A stretch of DNA of 64,000 nucleotides, from IMG/VR virus record IMGVR_UViG_2846068587_000001. The stretch is one strand, 5' to 3'. This document shows positions 1 through 9,759 of the stretch, in pieces. A program made the translations under genes and the position numbers. The notes below the pieces were generated by a model that worked only from the letters and a program-made list of their open reading frames with translations, did not search any database and was not told the DNA's origin. The DNA comes from an uncultured virus (IMG/VR IMGVR_UViG_2846068587_000001). Its lineage: Duplodnaviria; Heunggongvirae; Uroviricota; Caudoviricetes. Each line of letters starts with the position of its first letter. Within the stretch, counting starts at the first letter, position 1.

Positions 1-291
1 CCAGGTGGCCTGGCGGAGGAGCGCTTCTACATTTTTTGGCGTGAGTGAGCGTGAGGATGCCGATACCACTGCGCCTTTGCTCATGCGCTTAACCGTATCG
101 GCAGAAAGCTCGGCATCTCCCCAGTTCAGCACGTCGCTAGCCGTCAGGGAAAAGCGGTTAAAGTCGGCGATCGCAGAGAAGGGCGGTTTGCTGAACAGCA
201 CGGTTAAATCAGCCCTACCACGGAAGCCGTCGCTAAACTCGACCTCGATAACATGGTCGCCGACCACATCCACATCAATAATTTTCAACAT
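1..291 (-). CDS. DUF2442/HTH antitoxin, 5' part (runs off the window)
   Basis: Near-identical to 29968-30258 (MLKIIDVDVVGDHVIEVEFSDG). Confidence 0.8.
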   Translation of the reverse strand, partial: MLKIIDVDVVGDHVIEVEFSDGFRGRADLTVLFSKPPFSAIADFNRFSLTASDVLNWGDAELSADTVKRMSKGAVVSASSRSLTPKNVEALLRQATW

Positions 292-300
292 AGCTGCCTC

Positions 301-395
301 TTACAGTTTCCCAGGATGCATCCCATTAACCGCCATCTGCCACATAGCCAGTAGCCTGGTTTTATTGGCCTTGATATGTGACTCGGCCAGTTTCC
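301..395 (-). pseudogene. 3' remnant of a DUF4160-family toxin gene
   Basis: Encodes RKLAESHIKANKTRLLAMWQMAVNGMHPGKL as in 30268-30362; the 5' part is replaced by unrelated sequence. Confidence 0.75.
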
Positions 396-625
396 TATTA
401 ACCCCCCCACCGGCGAGAGGAAGATTGGCCGAATAGCCAGATGGGCTCTGTATGGTCAGGCCAGAACGACTCATTACACCCCTATGATTTGTAAGTAAAG
501 TATCATAAATCGGAATTGGTTTTACCCGCGATGTCGGGGGTATAGTCCGCTCAGGTGCTAGAAACACCTCAACGCGGCCTCCGTACCCGATAGACTTGCG
601 TTTTTTTGTGGTCATTTTTTGGATA

Positions 626-703
626 TGGCCGAGTGTGGGCGAATACAATACCAGTGATGGGAATAAGCCCGCTTGACGTTGACAAGTTTCTAGCACTCGG
701 CCA
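626..703 (+). ncRNA. C4/CI-like antisense RNA upstream of rha (allele 1)
   Basis: Closing stem TGGCCGAGTG/CACTCGGCCA, 78 nt. Boxes 677-682 and 686-696 are complementary to upstream 555-574 and downstream 725-740. Confidence 0.7.
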
Positions 704-742
704 CCCGAGCCGTTCGGGTATCCTCTAGAAAAGGATCAACAA

Positions 743-1451
743 ATGGCTACCTCTCGCGTATCAAACGTTGCCAACCCTCCCAAAGTGTCTATCCATGATG
801 GTAGGGTGGTGACAACTACTGATGACGTCGCTGCCTATTTTGGCAAGCAAGCTCATCACGTTGTGCAAAAAGTAGAATCCCTTGATTGCTCAAAAGATTT
901 TATCATTCGCAACTTTTCGCGGATGATAAAAAACGTAACTCTGGCTAAAGGGGCAATGCGCCAAGTGGTCTACTACGAAATGACCAAAGATGGCTTCGTC
1001 TTCCTGGTCATGGGCTTTACAGGCAAAAAGGCCGCCGCGTTCAAAGAGGCCTATATCGCCGAGTTCAACCGCATGGAGAGGCAACTACTCACCCGCCAGC
1101 GGGGCGCGTACTCAGCCCCTAAGCCACAGCAGCTCTCCGACGGGGAGATAAAAAACCTGAAATGGCTGATCGACTCCATCGTCAACCAGTTCCGGTTCCG
1201 TGCCGCCTGGAATCAGGGCGTCTGGTACGCGCTGCGTCAGGCCACCGGTGTGCCATCCCCATATCCCTTTACCGTCGCCGATTTGCCCGCACTGGTAAGG
1301 GAGCTTTAACGCATCATGGAAATCGGCCATGAAACCCGCAGCCTGCTCCAGCAGCTGGAAAAGCAGGTACTACAGCAGGTGGTGCGTAACCGTGGCGAAC
1401 TCCGCCCGGTATTGAACCATATCCAGCATGACCTCCGGCAGCTGAGTCTGT
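743..1451 (+). pseudogene. Rha-family regulator/antirepressor, premature stop and 3' deletion
   Basis: Rha motif YEMTKDGFVFLVMGFTGKKAAAFKEAYIAEFN. TAA at 1307-1309 where the paralog (30895-31665) has CAA. Truncated at the ~1451 junction. Confidence 0.85.
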
Positions 1452-1601
1452 ATCTTAGCCAGCCGGCCACGGCTCAATCGGACGCAGCAGCACATCCGCC
1501 TCAGCGCCGAGGAGAAACGCCAGCGCATCGACAAGCTACTGGCGCGCCGCAACCACATCGTCCAGCAGGCGGTGAAGCGGATGAATCGGTGGTTTGAGTA
1601 G
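1452..1601 (+). pseudogene. 3' tip of the giant virion protein gene
   Basis: Matches 62583-62774 with an internal 42-bp deletion (62621-62662). Confidence 0.9.
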
Positions 1602-2211
1602 GTCTGATTTTATTAAGTCTATCCATTTGATTATTCGTTAAATTCATTCGCTATCGTGTTTTTTAGCCTCCTGACATAGATCCTTACGCGGATCTTATGT
1701 TATCAGATAGATAATTGGTTATTGGTTTTCTAGACTATTTCATAATTCTTCCATGTCTCACGGTTCTTCCCTATTCAGCATTATTACAGACAAAACAATA
1801 AACCATCTACAATAATACAATTGTTCGTTTATTATTCGCTGATGTGTCGGTTTTTTAAAACAATAGCTATTGCTATGATTAGAATCATGTTTTTTATATT
1901 TAAAGCCAAGTCTATTTTTTATTATTTTCGTATAATTATATTTGTGTGACGTATTTATGATCTGTCTTTGCTGTGGGTCTATACTATTTTCCTTAATTAT
2001 ATCAGACTTTCATTGCGCGGTCGTTAATCAGAATGAGATGATATATTAAGAGTGTGTCTTTTTAACAAGTATATGGTTTCATCCCTATCTTGCTGAAGGA
2101 GAACGCTGACGCATTAACTAATGCAATAGAGTATTTCCTATCAGGTTGACTGTCGATTATATTATAGTAAGTGTGTTATTTTATCAGGTAATCTATTGGT
2201 TAGAGGATATA

Positions 2212-3210
2212 ATGAGAATAGTTTTTGCTGAAAAAATTGCAGAGTATATAAAAAATTGTTCCCCTGAATATATTGCTGTGGCTTTTGTCGGGGCTGATTG
2301 GCGAGAGTTTATTCCTGATTGGAAGAAAATAAAATCAATAGTGGTTTCACCAACGTTGGGGTCAAACCCAAAAGCTATACATGAGATTGTAAAAGAATTG
2401 GGTTGGGAGAAAGTAGAGTTTCTTGATAATCTTCATGCTAAATTATATCTGGGAGAGAACAGTGCTATCAGTGGTAGTGCAAATTTAACTAAAAATGGTC
2501 TATCTGGAAATATTTTACATGAATTATGTACGGTAACTCATAATCCACAACATCTAAAATCATTCAAGATTTTTTTTGACCATATTAGGTCTAAAGCTAA
2601 AGATAGCTATCCTACCGTTGAGCAGAAGAAGCATAAATTGGATGAATTGTTTCAGGTTTGGGGAGCGGCTGTTTCTCAAAAGCTACTTAATGATACTCAT
2701 CATGCAACTCAATTTAAGGATTTTGAATTACTATCTAATAATCACTTCTATATCAGTTGGTATCAAATTTCCGACTGTGAGTACTCTGCGGAACTTCAGG
2801 GTGTTGAGGATTATATAGATGATAACATTCACTTTCTTCCTAGTGATAATATCGAGAAAAACCGTTGGGTGTTAACATGGAAAAAAACGAATGACGGAAA
2901 GCCACATAAGCGCGTAGCGCTAAATTGGCTTTATATACATGAGTTATTTGAAAATGGTATCGTGACACCGGGATATGGTTATACTAAAGTAGCTATTCAG
3001 CGAAAAGATCTCCAAAAACCGGAGCCACCTTTCGAATTAACTCCTGATGTAGTTAAGGCCTTTAAGGAAGTTGTCGCCTGCGGTGTCAATAGGAAGTATT
3101 TTGTTCAACCCGATGATGAGTTTTATAATACTAATTATGGGCAAACACAATTGCCTAAACTTATTGATGATATGAAAGAAAAAATCAAAGACATTAATGC
3201 GAGCAAATGA
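2212..3210 (+). CDS. PLD (HKD)-superfamily nuclease-like protein, AT-rich cargo
   Basis: LHAKLYL...ISGSANLT motif; GAGGA RBS before ATG 2212. Confidence 0.75.
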   Translation: MRIVFAEKIAEYIKNCSPEYIAVAFVGADWREFIPDWKKIKSIVVSPTLGSNPKAIHEIVKELGWEKVEFLDNLHAKLYLGENSAISGSANLTKNGLSGNILHELCTVTHNPQHLKSFKIFFDHIRSKAKDSYPTVEQKKHKLDELFQVWGAAVSQKLLNDTHHATQFKDFELLSNNHFYISWYQISDCEYSAELQGVEDYIDDNIHFLPSDNIEKNRWVLTWKKTNDGKPHKRVALNWLYIHELFENGIVTPGYGYTKVAIQRKDLQKPEPPFELTPDVVKAFKEVVACGVNRKYFVQPDDEFYNTNYGQTQLPKLIDDMKEKIKDINASK

Positions 3211-3426
3211 CTTGAATAAGTGGTTTGTGCTTATTGTGATTATTAATAAATAATCATATGGTGATATGATCGTTGTTGATTGTTTTTGACATAGGATGAA
3301 GCGACTTGTCATCGTGGATGTTACGTATTTTATTACCAGAGACTATATATGCGACGTAGGGCTGTACATAAACTCTCAGCGATGGTTTAGGCGCGCCAGT
3401 CATTTAGCTTGGTTCGAGAGTGGTTT

Positions 3427-3447
3427 AAAGCCCCGCGGGGCTTTTTT
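3427..3447 (+). terminator. Intrinsic terminator
   Basis: AAAGCCCCGCGGGGCTTTTTT. Confidence 0.6.
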
Positions 3448-3467
3448 CTCTCACTACTGTTCTGGAT

Positions 3468-3870
3468 TTACCATAACACCTGATCGGCGTACCGCTCATC
3501 ACTCTGCGTGATGATTTCCCAACCCAGTACGCCAAAAATCATCGTTTTCTCCCTCGCTTTTCCTACCGATCGCACCGTCCCATTTCTCCCCCACTGCATA
3601 ACCATGCAACCCAATCTGCTGCGCCCGGTTTCGCGACGGATTGCCCGCCTAACCTCCGTTTTAGCCCATTTTCTTTTTAAGCGCAGAGTTCCAGCCACGG
3701 CATTGCTGATATTCAGTGAGGATGTTTCCTGAAGTGGTAAGGGCACCATTCGCTTTTTTGGGTGGATCAGCTAAAAGCTGCTCTAATGTCGCCTTCTCTT
3801 CTTCAATACGTCGCCAGATCTCCCATCTAGCACTATTCTTCGCTTGCGGCCTGGTGTAACTCGTCATCAC
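3468..3870 (-). pseudogene. Hypothetical gene, probably frameshifted near 3670
   Basis: GGAGG RBS; two overlapping ORFs (3661-3870 and 3468-3749) can be joined in an A-rich run. Confidence 0.35.
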
Positions 3871-3934
3871 ATATGCCTCCAGTTGAGTGGGTTATTAACC
3901 TTACAATTAATTGTAAGCCTAGGTTGAGTAATTT

Positions 3935-5049
3935 TTATACTTCCTCCTCGTCCGGTATGTCGATCACATTCCACATGCTCTCCCGCAGATCGAGGTACTT
4001 CTCCGTCATCAGCCGGCTCTTGTGGCCGAGCAAGTGCTGGCAGAACTCCGTTCCGTACTGTGCCTGGTACATCCGTGAGGCGAGACTGCGGATCTCGTGG
4101 AAGGAGGGAGGATGGGGCGCGTGTACCAGCCCACTCTGATCGAGCAAGCGGGAAAAGCCCTTGCTCAACGTGTCCGGCACCAGCGGGCCGCCCGGTGCAC
4201 GGTGGAGACGCGGACGGCGGGAGTTGAGCAGGTAGTCGCTTGGCCCTTGAGCCCGGCAACGATCTAGCACCTCGCTCAGACGTAGCGCGTACGGCCCCAA
4301 CTGAAGATGCAAGCGGGTGGTGATGGCCAGGCGGGCACCGGTCTTGCCTTGGATCAGCCACAGCTTATTCTCCCGGACATCTTGCCAGCGCAAGGTGCAG
4401 AGATCTTCCCGCCGCTGACCGGTGAGCAGCGCCAGCTCGATGCCACGGGCCAGCCACGGTTTTTTGGCCTCGCCTTGTAATGCCAGACGGTAGACGGCTA
4501 ACAATGTCTCTTCACTCAGGCGACGCCGCTTGACGCGGATGGGGGGCGTGCGGGTCTGGGCCACCGGATTGTGATCGATAAAGCCTGCCGCGACCGCTTC
4601 ACGAAATAGGGCGTTGAGGAAGGAGCGCATCAGGCTGGCGGCGGTGAGGCGGCCATCGAGTATGTAGGGGTGCAATAAGATGGCGATATCCCGCGTGCTG
4701 ATCTGCGTCAGATAACGCGGCCCGATCATCGCGTGTACCGTTTTGCTCTGTGAGCGGCGGGCACGCAAGGTATTGGCCGCCACGCCACGCTGTTCGAGCC
4801 GTTGGAGGTATTCGGTGATCCATTGGCTGACGGTGGGGATCTCATGCGGATTGGGTAAGGGGCTGGCGTGATCGCGGCGAGATAGTGATTGGCCTCCCGG
4901 GCTTGGCGGATAGCCTCACGCCGGGTGATGTAGCCTAAGGGCAGTTCACTGCCGGTGAGGGGATGGCGCCAGACGAAAAATCCGTGCCGGTTATCCAGGT
5001 TATCCGGCAGATTTTGCCTAGCGTCGTTGCCTCGGCTATTTTTCGCCAT
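3935..5049 (-). pseudogene. int: Lambda-type tyrosine integrase split by a 1-bp frameshift near 4860
   Basis: Arm-binding N-terminus in ORF 4726-5049. Catalytic motifs TGQRRED, QGKTG, FHEIRSL and LLGHKS..MTEKY in ORF 3935-4783. Confidence 0.9.
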
Positions 5050-5281
5050 GTTTCAGTCGCTCCAGCAAGGTGTGGGGGGAGGCCGCCGTGGGTTTAGCGG
5101 CTTTCTGCTGCCAGGGGGGCAGGTAGCGGGCATCGCTCTGGATACGGTAGGCGCCGCCGTGGCGGTAGGGTTGCGGATAAATATAGCCGCGCCGGATCCA
5201 GCGCCGGACGGTGTCCACACAGGGCGGTTTATCGCCATAGTGCTGCTGCACCCACGTCTGGATAGTGAGGTAGGTTGTCAT
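5036..5281 (-). CDS. xis: Excisionase
   Basis: YLTIQTW...PPCVDTVRRWIRRGYIYPQP..HGGAYR; overlaps the int start. Confidence 0.9.
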   Translation of the reverse strand: MTTYLTIQTWVQQHYGDKPPCVDTVRRWIRRGYIYPQPYRHGGAYRIQSDARYLPPWQQKAAKPTAASPHTLLERLKHGEK

Positions 5282-5356
5282 AGCCAGCTCCGAGAGTCTG
5301 GGGGATGCGTTTTAATAAGAGAGAGTCAGCCGCGTGTCTAGGGCAGAGGAAGGGGC

Positions 5357-5638
5357 TTAGCAAACAGGGCGGGGACGCTTTAACCAACGGTCGCCGACCA
5401 GATGATAGCGGCGGCAAAACGCCCGGCCGAGTTTCCCTTCTGCGGGCAGTTTGATGCCGATCGGCAGCGGCGTTCGGCGCGGGGTGAAGTAATCATCCAG
5501 ATGCAGGGCGCTGGCCGTTAGCGCGCGGTAGAGTTGAGAATAGGCGACGCGCACACTGTCGGCCTGGCAGCAAAATAGCATGTCCTGCTGACCGGACTGT
5601 TTTTTGGCTTTAATAAAGAAGGCGAAATATTCAGGCAT
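5357..5638 (-). CDS. Stand-alone paralog of the RecE N-terminal domain
   Basis: Aligns by eye with residues 1-88 of ORF 12167-14656 (FAF..AKK.SG..DM.F.C.A...DYF.P.RT.LP...LPAE..L...FCR.Y..V...W). Confidence 0.75.
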   Translation of the reverse strand: MPEYFAFFIKAKKQSGQQDMLFCCQADSVRVAYSQLYRALTASALHLDDYFTPRRTPLPIGIKLPAEGKLGRAFCRRYHLVGDRWLKRPRPVC

Positions 5639-6041
5639 GGCGAGGCTCTCCGAGTGGTGATGATCATAGGGTGCTGGGGGATGTGCGCCCGGTCGTGTTA
5701 TTGCGCTAAATAGCGGTGTTACCCTACTAAGCTAAATTCACTTGGAGTTTTTTTATGAGCTATACGTACTACGCCGACCCTACCTGTACATGAGCAATAA
5801 GTACCATTGGCTGATTGCGCAGAGTCGGGTGATGGCTCATGAGGATATTCGTTTAGTGTTGGCCTTGGATATGGAGGGCTGGTCGCTGTCGTCCAAGGCA
5901 CAGGTGAGGGAGTGTGATAGGACAAATAGCGGACAAGATAGATGTTTTCCCCAAACCGAAAATTTAATTGATTGGTACATCAGATTTGGCTTGCGGAAAA
6001 CCGAAGGTCGTGTAGTGCAGAGTATTTACTGGTTATTCACG

Positions 6042-6923
6042 TCAAATAGTGAAAGCTGGACGTGGGCCTGGAAATCCTTCTGACTCCATTTGTATAGCTA
6101 AATCTGAAGTGGTTATTCTTCGTAAAGTGGATGCTGCAATAAATTGAACTCCGAGCGCCAATCGGACAACCTGCAGACGATTAAGTCCCGCTGGTTTATA
6201 ACGACTTGCTACATAAGATGGAAGGCTATTAATTACTGCTTTAATTAATCTATCGTCACGATGAGGTTTTTGGCTTATCATTGCGTGTGCCAAATAAGTC
6301 AGATTATGACCATTTTTACCTTTCAATGTATCCAAGCTAATACCACTCCAAACTAAAGCAGCTTTGCAAGAGAGTTCTGCTACCATACAGATGGGTTGGA
6401 TCACTGAATCATGGCTAAAGCTATTAGGAAGTGTATTTGCTATATCTTCGAGATTGGAACGGGACATATTCCAGAGAGTTAATGCTTCTGATGCATAATC
6501 CTCTATTTCATTTAGACCCATAGTGAAATCATGAATGTCAGCAATAGCAAAAGACACTTCTGCAGCGATTTTTCGCTCTTTTCTACACCACTCCCACCAT
6601 TCTACGTCACTTGAAAATCCTGCTATTTCCCAGATTTCTAGTTTGTTCTCTCCATATAAGATAGGAAATGTTATTTTCCTAACTTGATCTATTGATGCAA
6701 TCAGACCGATTCCAGCTCCAGGCCAACTTGTTGCGACTTCAGGCATCATCGCAGTGTAAGCATCTACAATGCTTTGAACCTCAGGATTGCTGAAAAAGCC
6801 AAAGCTGAAATCTGTTCCGAGTATATCAATTGCTGCCTTTAGAGGTCGCTGATGAACGTAAACACCTTCCTGAGCATATTTTTTATCCAGTCTGCGTAGA
6901 TCGTCAATTGTCCACTCAATCAT
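6042..6923 (-). CDS. AT-rich cassette protein with C-terminal HEPN-like domain
   Basis: AELSCKAAL...GHNL..L...SRY pattern typical of HEPN helical bundles. Confidence 0.55.
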   Translation of the reverse strand: MIEWTIDDLRRLDKKYAQEGVYVHQRPLKAAIDILGTDFSFGFFSNPEVQSIVDAYTAMMPEVATSWPGAGIGLIASIDQVRKITFPILYGENKLEIWEIAGFSSDVEWWEWCRKERKIAAEVSFAIADIHDFTMGLNEIEDYASEALTLWNMSRSNLEDIANTLPNSFSHDSVIQPICMVAELSCKAALVWSGISLDTLKGKNGHNLTYLAHAMISQKPHRDDRLIKAVINSLPSYVASRYKPAGLNRLQVVRLALGVQFIAASTLRRITTSDLAIQMESEGFPGPRPAFTI

Positions 6924-7191
6924 TCCGATGTCCTCTTACCTATCATAAGCATGTTATATAAATATGCTAGAAAATCGGTGAATAAACAATCATTAGTTAA
7001 TGCAAGTGAGAAATATAAACACCATGATTAACAAAAGTATCAATATGATTCTAACTTGATGATTTTGTTTGATTATTTTGAATGTGTGGAATGCTTGTTG
7101 GAACTTTATATTTTTAATGGTGAATTGTAATCACAGAATTTTTCAAATACTAGATGTAAATGATTTCTAATTACTCATTAAGAAATAAATA

Positions 7192-7215
7192 TCTATCCCC
7201 TCACTCTCAGTAGGC
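7192..7215 (+). repeat. Degenerate palindromic cassette site, type A
   Basis: Core CCTCACTCTC identical to the site at 9908; arms eroded. Confidence 0.55.
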
Positions 7216-7687
7216 CATCTAAGCAGATGGTTTCCGATGTCATCCGTGGTAAACGGCTTACCACGGGTAGACTCGGCGCTCACCTGTTACCCCCTCGATA
7301 CGCGACGACACTACCCACCCAATAGAACCATATCCCTCACACCGGCAACTCCCTTGCCAACTGCGCCAGGATCTCCCGCTTACCCGGTAGGCGGTTGCTT
7401 TGGTGAGCCTGTTGCCAGGCGCGGCGCTGGGTCTTGGTTTTATGCTGGAGTAAGACATCGATCTTGCTGGTGGGGATGCCGAGTAGGGTGGCGATCTCCC
7501 GGCGTGCGCATTGATGCAGATGCAGCTGGTAAATGGCGCTGACGATGGCGTAGGAGTAGCTGCGGCGCAGTCCAATATTAAAGCGCTGCGGTACTCGGCG
7601 CCGCTGCGTGGGTTCGCTCGGCACGGGACGAGGGCAGGGTATCCATGTTGCTCCATTACGGATGGCGGCGCGTTGGCGCAGGCTCAT
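7199..7687. repeat. Direct repeat of ~9915-10392, including a 5'-truncated copy of gene 10049-10516 (ORF 7337-7687)
   Basis: Near-identical DNA and protein (LRQRAAIRNGA.WIPCPRPVPSEPTQRRRVPQRF...RELPV). Confidence 0.9.
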
Positions 7688-8204
7688 AGGCGTGGGAGCT
7701 TGCCCATCCGTGTGGAGTCGGTTAAAGGATCGCCTCTTTCACCGGTGTATGGTGGTGTTGCCGGATTCTTACCCGTGTCCGGCGCACGAACTCCATCACC
7801 ACATGGAGGTTCTCCATTAACTCCACCCTATGGAGGGTAAAATGCGTATTAATCAATTTGGTGGTACAGAGCGTCCAAGACCTGACGGACATTTCAGGTG
7901 ACCTTCCAAAAAAATGAATGATTTACCAAGTCATTGTTGATGTGATTCTATTCATTATTGGCATTAATAAATTATTCTGAGATAAAGCCACAAATAGGGC
8001 ATATGACCGGGATTTTTATCAAGTCCCATCCTGGAGGGAATGGGACTCTTATATCATCGATACTTACCTCCGAGCGTGAGGCGTTTACCCATGGCTGCGA
8101 TTCGACGATGGCATTGCTAACCTAGTGACGAAACATAGCGCAATATGTCACCGCTTGAGTTTTCCATACAGAAATTATTTTTATACACATGTACAATATA
8201 GATA

Positions 8205-8627
8205 TCAATATGTATTTATACCGCTCTCAATGGAACCAACACAAAGTCTATTATAGAACGCACCACTTGTATTAGTATATGTCACAACACCATTATTTAA
8301 GGCTATTACCGCAACCTCTTTGCCATTGTTATAAAACTGAACAAAAACCATTTTACCTGATGCTTGATTAATATCAATAAACTGACCAGAGTAAAGATCT
8401 GTAGTCATCTTATAGCCTTTGGCATCTTGAGTTATAGAAAACTTCATGTTATCGAAATAATCTTTTTTAAAGTTATTCGTCTTACCAACGGCACCATCTG
8501 GAGAAAACATAACCGACGAGCAAGTTAGATGTCTAAATTTACCTTCAGCTACAACTCGGCTTGCGTTAGCACTCAACGATGTCATTATGGATACAGCAAA
8601 GATGATTGACTTTGTTTTTAACTTCAT
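8205..8627 (-). CDS. Exported hypothetical protein (signal peptide)
   Basis: MKLKTKSIIFAVSIMTSLSANA-S signal; two Cys; AT-rich. Confidence 0.65.
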   Translation of the reverse strand: MKLKTKSIIFAVSIMTSLSANASRVVAEGKFRHLTCSSVMFSPDGAVGKTNNFKKDYFDNMKFSITQDAKGYKMTTDLYSGQFIDINQASGKMVFVQFYNNGKEVAVIALNNGVVTYTNTSGAFYNRLCVGSIESGINTY

Positions 8628-8736
8628 CACATTACCTAAAACAAAAATAAAATTAGTTGGCAATAATACCAGACATCTCAAAATAACTATTTGACTCGCT
8701 TCAAACTTTTGATAACTACGAATGATTAATTGGTTT

Positions 8737-8860
8737 GCAGACCGTAGCTGGGTATGATTATTTTAATTGCAAATTATATTATTGATTATTGTATATTGTT
8801 TAATAGTCGAGTGTGTGTCGTGATTATACTGATAGTCGGCTTTGTGCTAGAAGCGGAAGT
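8737..8860. repeat. Diverged copy of ~15402-15525 (left flank of the N-proximal cassette locus)
   Basis: GCAGACCG.AG.TGGGTATGATTATTTTAATTGCAAATTATA...TTATACTGA shared, ending in a type B site. Confidence 0.85.
8835..8858 (+). repeat. Palindromic cassette site, type B
   Basis: GTCGGCT-TTGTGCTAGA-AGCGGAA. Confidence 0.75.
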
Positions 8861-8947
8861 TGCTACATATCTATTGTGTTAAAATCAAAGGGCATGAGCT
8901 AAGATGTTAAGTTATATTAATGTTGAAAATATCAAAAGGAGCTCTCT

Positions 8948-9157
8948 ATGGCTACTAATGTATTTTTTGAGGAAGTAATCAAGGATCAAGGAGGTAAAAC
9001 CTCTATGGCTCTGGAACTCGGTCGATCTTCATACTATCCCGAAGACAGCATCTATTTAATTGTTGATGGAAAAACTGTAATAATGGATCTAAAAACTGCG
9101 AAAAGATTTGTTGATGCCGTAATTTCTGTTGGTTCCTATCATGGTTTGGTGGGGTAA
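8948..9157 (+). CDS. Small hypothetical cassette protein
   Basis: AAGGAG RBS; 69 aa. Confidence 0.7.
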   Translation: MATNVFFEEVIKDQGGKTSMALELGRSSYYPEDSIYLIVDGKTVIMDLKTAKRFVDAVISVGSYHGLVG

Positions 9158-9207
9158 TGCTTACCACTTATTACGGTTTTCACATACAATCCTAAAGGTG
9201 ACTGAAT

Positions 9208-9759
9208 ATGCAAATCAAAGACAGTGAAAAACTTATCCTTCTTATGCTATGTGATTTGTACGATAAGAATGGTGTTGAAGGAGATATGGATCACAACTTC
9301 ATCCGTGAAGCTATTTTTGAGCAGCAGACTTGGGCTATTCCTTGGAAGTTTTCAGGTATTCCATTCGAAGAACAGGACACCCCTCCGGAAGTTAAGCATG
9401 TATTGGATATACTGCACATGTGGAGCGCTATTGAATACAGTTACGCTAAACTAAGCGAAGAAGATAAAGCAATGCTTCAGCATGATGCTGCACCTTTTGG
9501 TGATAATCCACGTTTTAGTGGCTTTGATGGAAATAATGAATCCGAACTGCTACTCACTGCAGAATTTATTATCAATAAATTGGATCGCTTTCAGGAGTTC
9601 AAAGGGCGACATTTAAACTCTCATTCCCAAAAAGTAGATTGCTACGACAGAATGCTTAAGGTGTTTAACAAGGCTTTCGAAAACTATATTGGACAAGTAC
9701 TGTCGCGTGAACAACTTACTACAATACTGTTAGAGATTATACATCCCTGTAACAGGTAA
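9208..9759 (+). CDS. YfbU-family protein
   Basis: VLDILHMW...FSGFDGNNE...LNSH...YDRML motifs. Confidence 0.8.
   Translation: MQIKDSEKLILLMLCDLYDKNGVEGDMDHNFIREAIFEQQTWAIPWKFSGIPFEEQDTPPEVKHVLDILHMWSAIEYSYAKLSEEDKAMLQHDAAPFGDNPRFSGFDGNNESELLLTAEFIINKLDRFQEFKGRHLNSHSQKVDCYDRMLKVFNKAFENYIGQVLSREQLTTILLEIIHPCNR

Larger units (their letters stand above)
1..3450. mobile_element. Right end of a cryptic sister prophage (late region deleted) with terminal cargo gene
   Basis: 1-395 matches 29968-30362, ~480-1451 matches ~30630-31591, and 1452-1602 matches 62583-62775. Right boundary and att site are not identified. Confidence 0.85.

Noticed and set aside
3362..3379. LexA box CTGTACATAAACTCTCAG
   Set aside because: Spacing is CTG-N12-CAG, not N10
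3385..3430. tRNA or tmRNA remnant as att site (GGTTCGAG)
   Set aside because: No T-stem or acceptor-stem pairing and no CCA end could be built
7871..7892. Additional cassette site GTCC...GGAC
   Set aside because: Arm spacing (10 nt between GTCC and GGAC instead of 16) does not fit the 7-10-7 geometry
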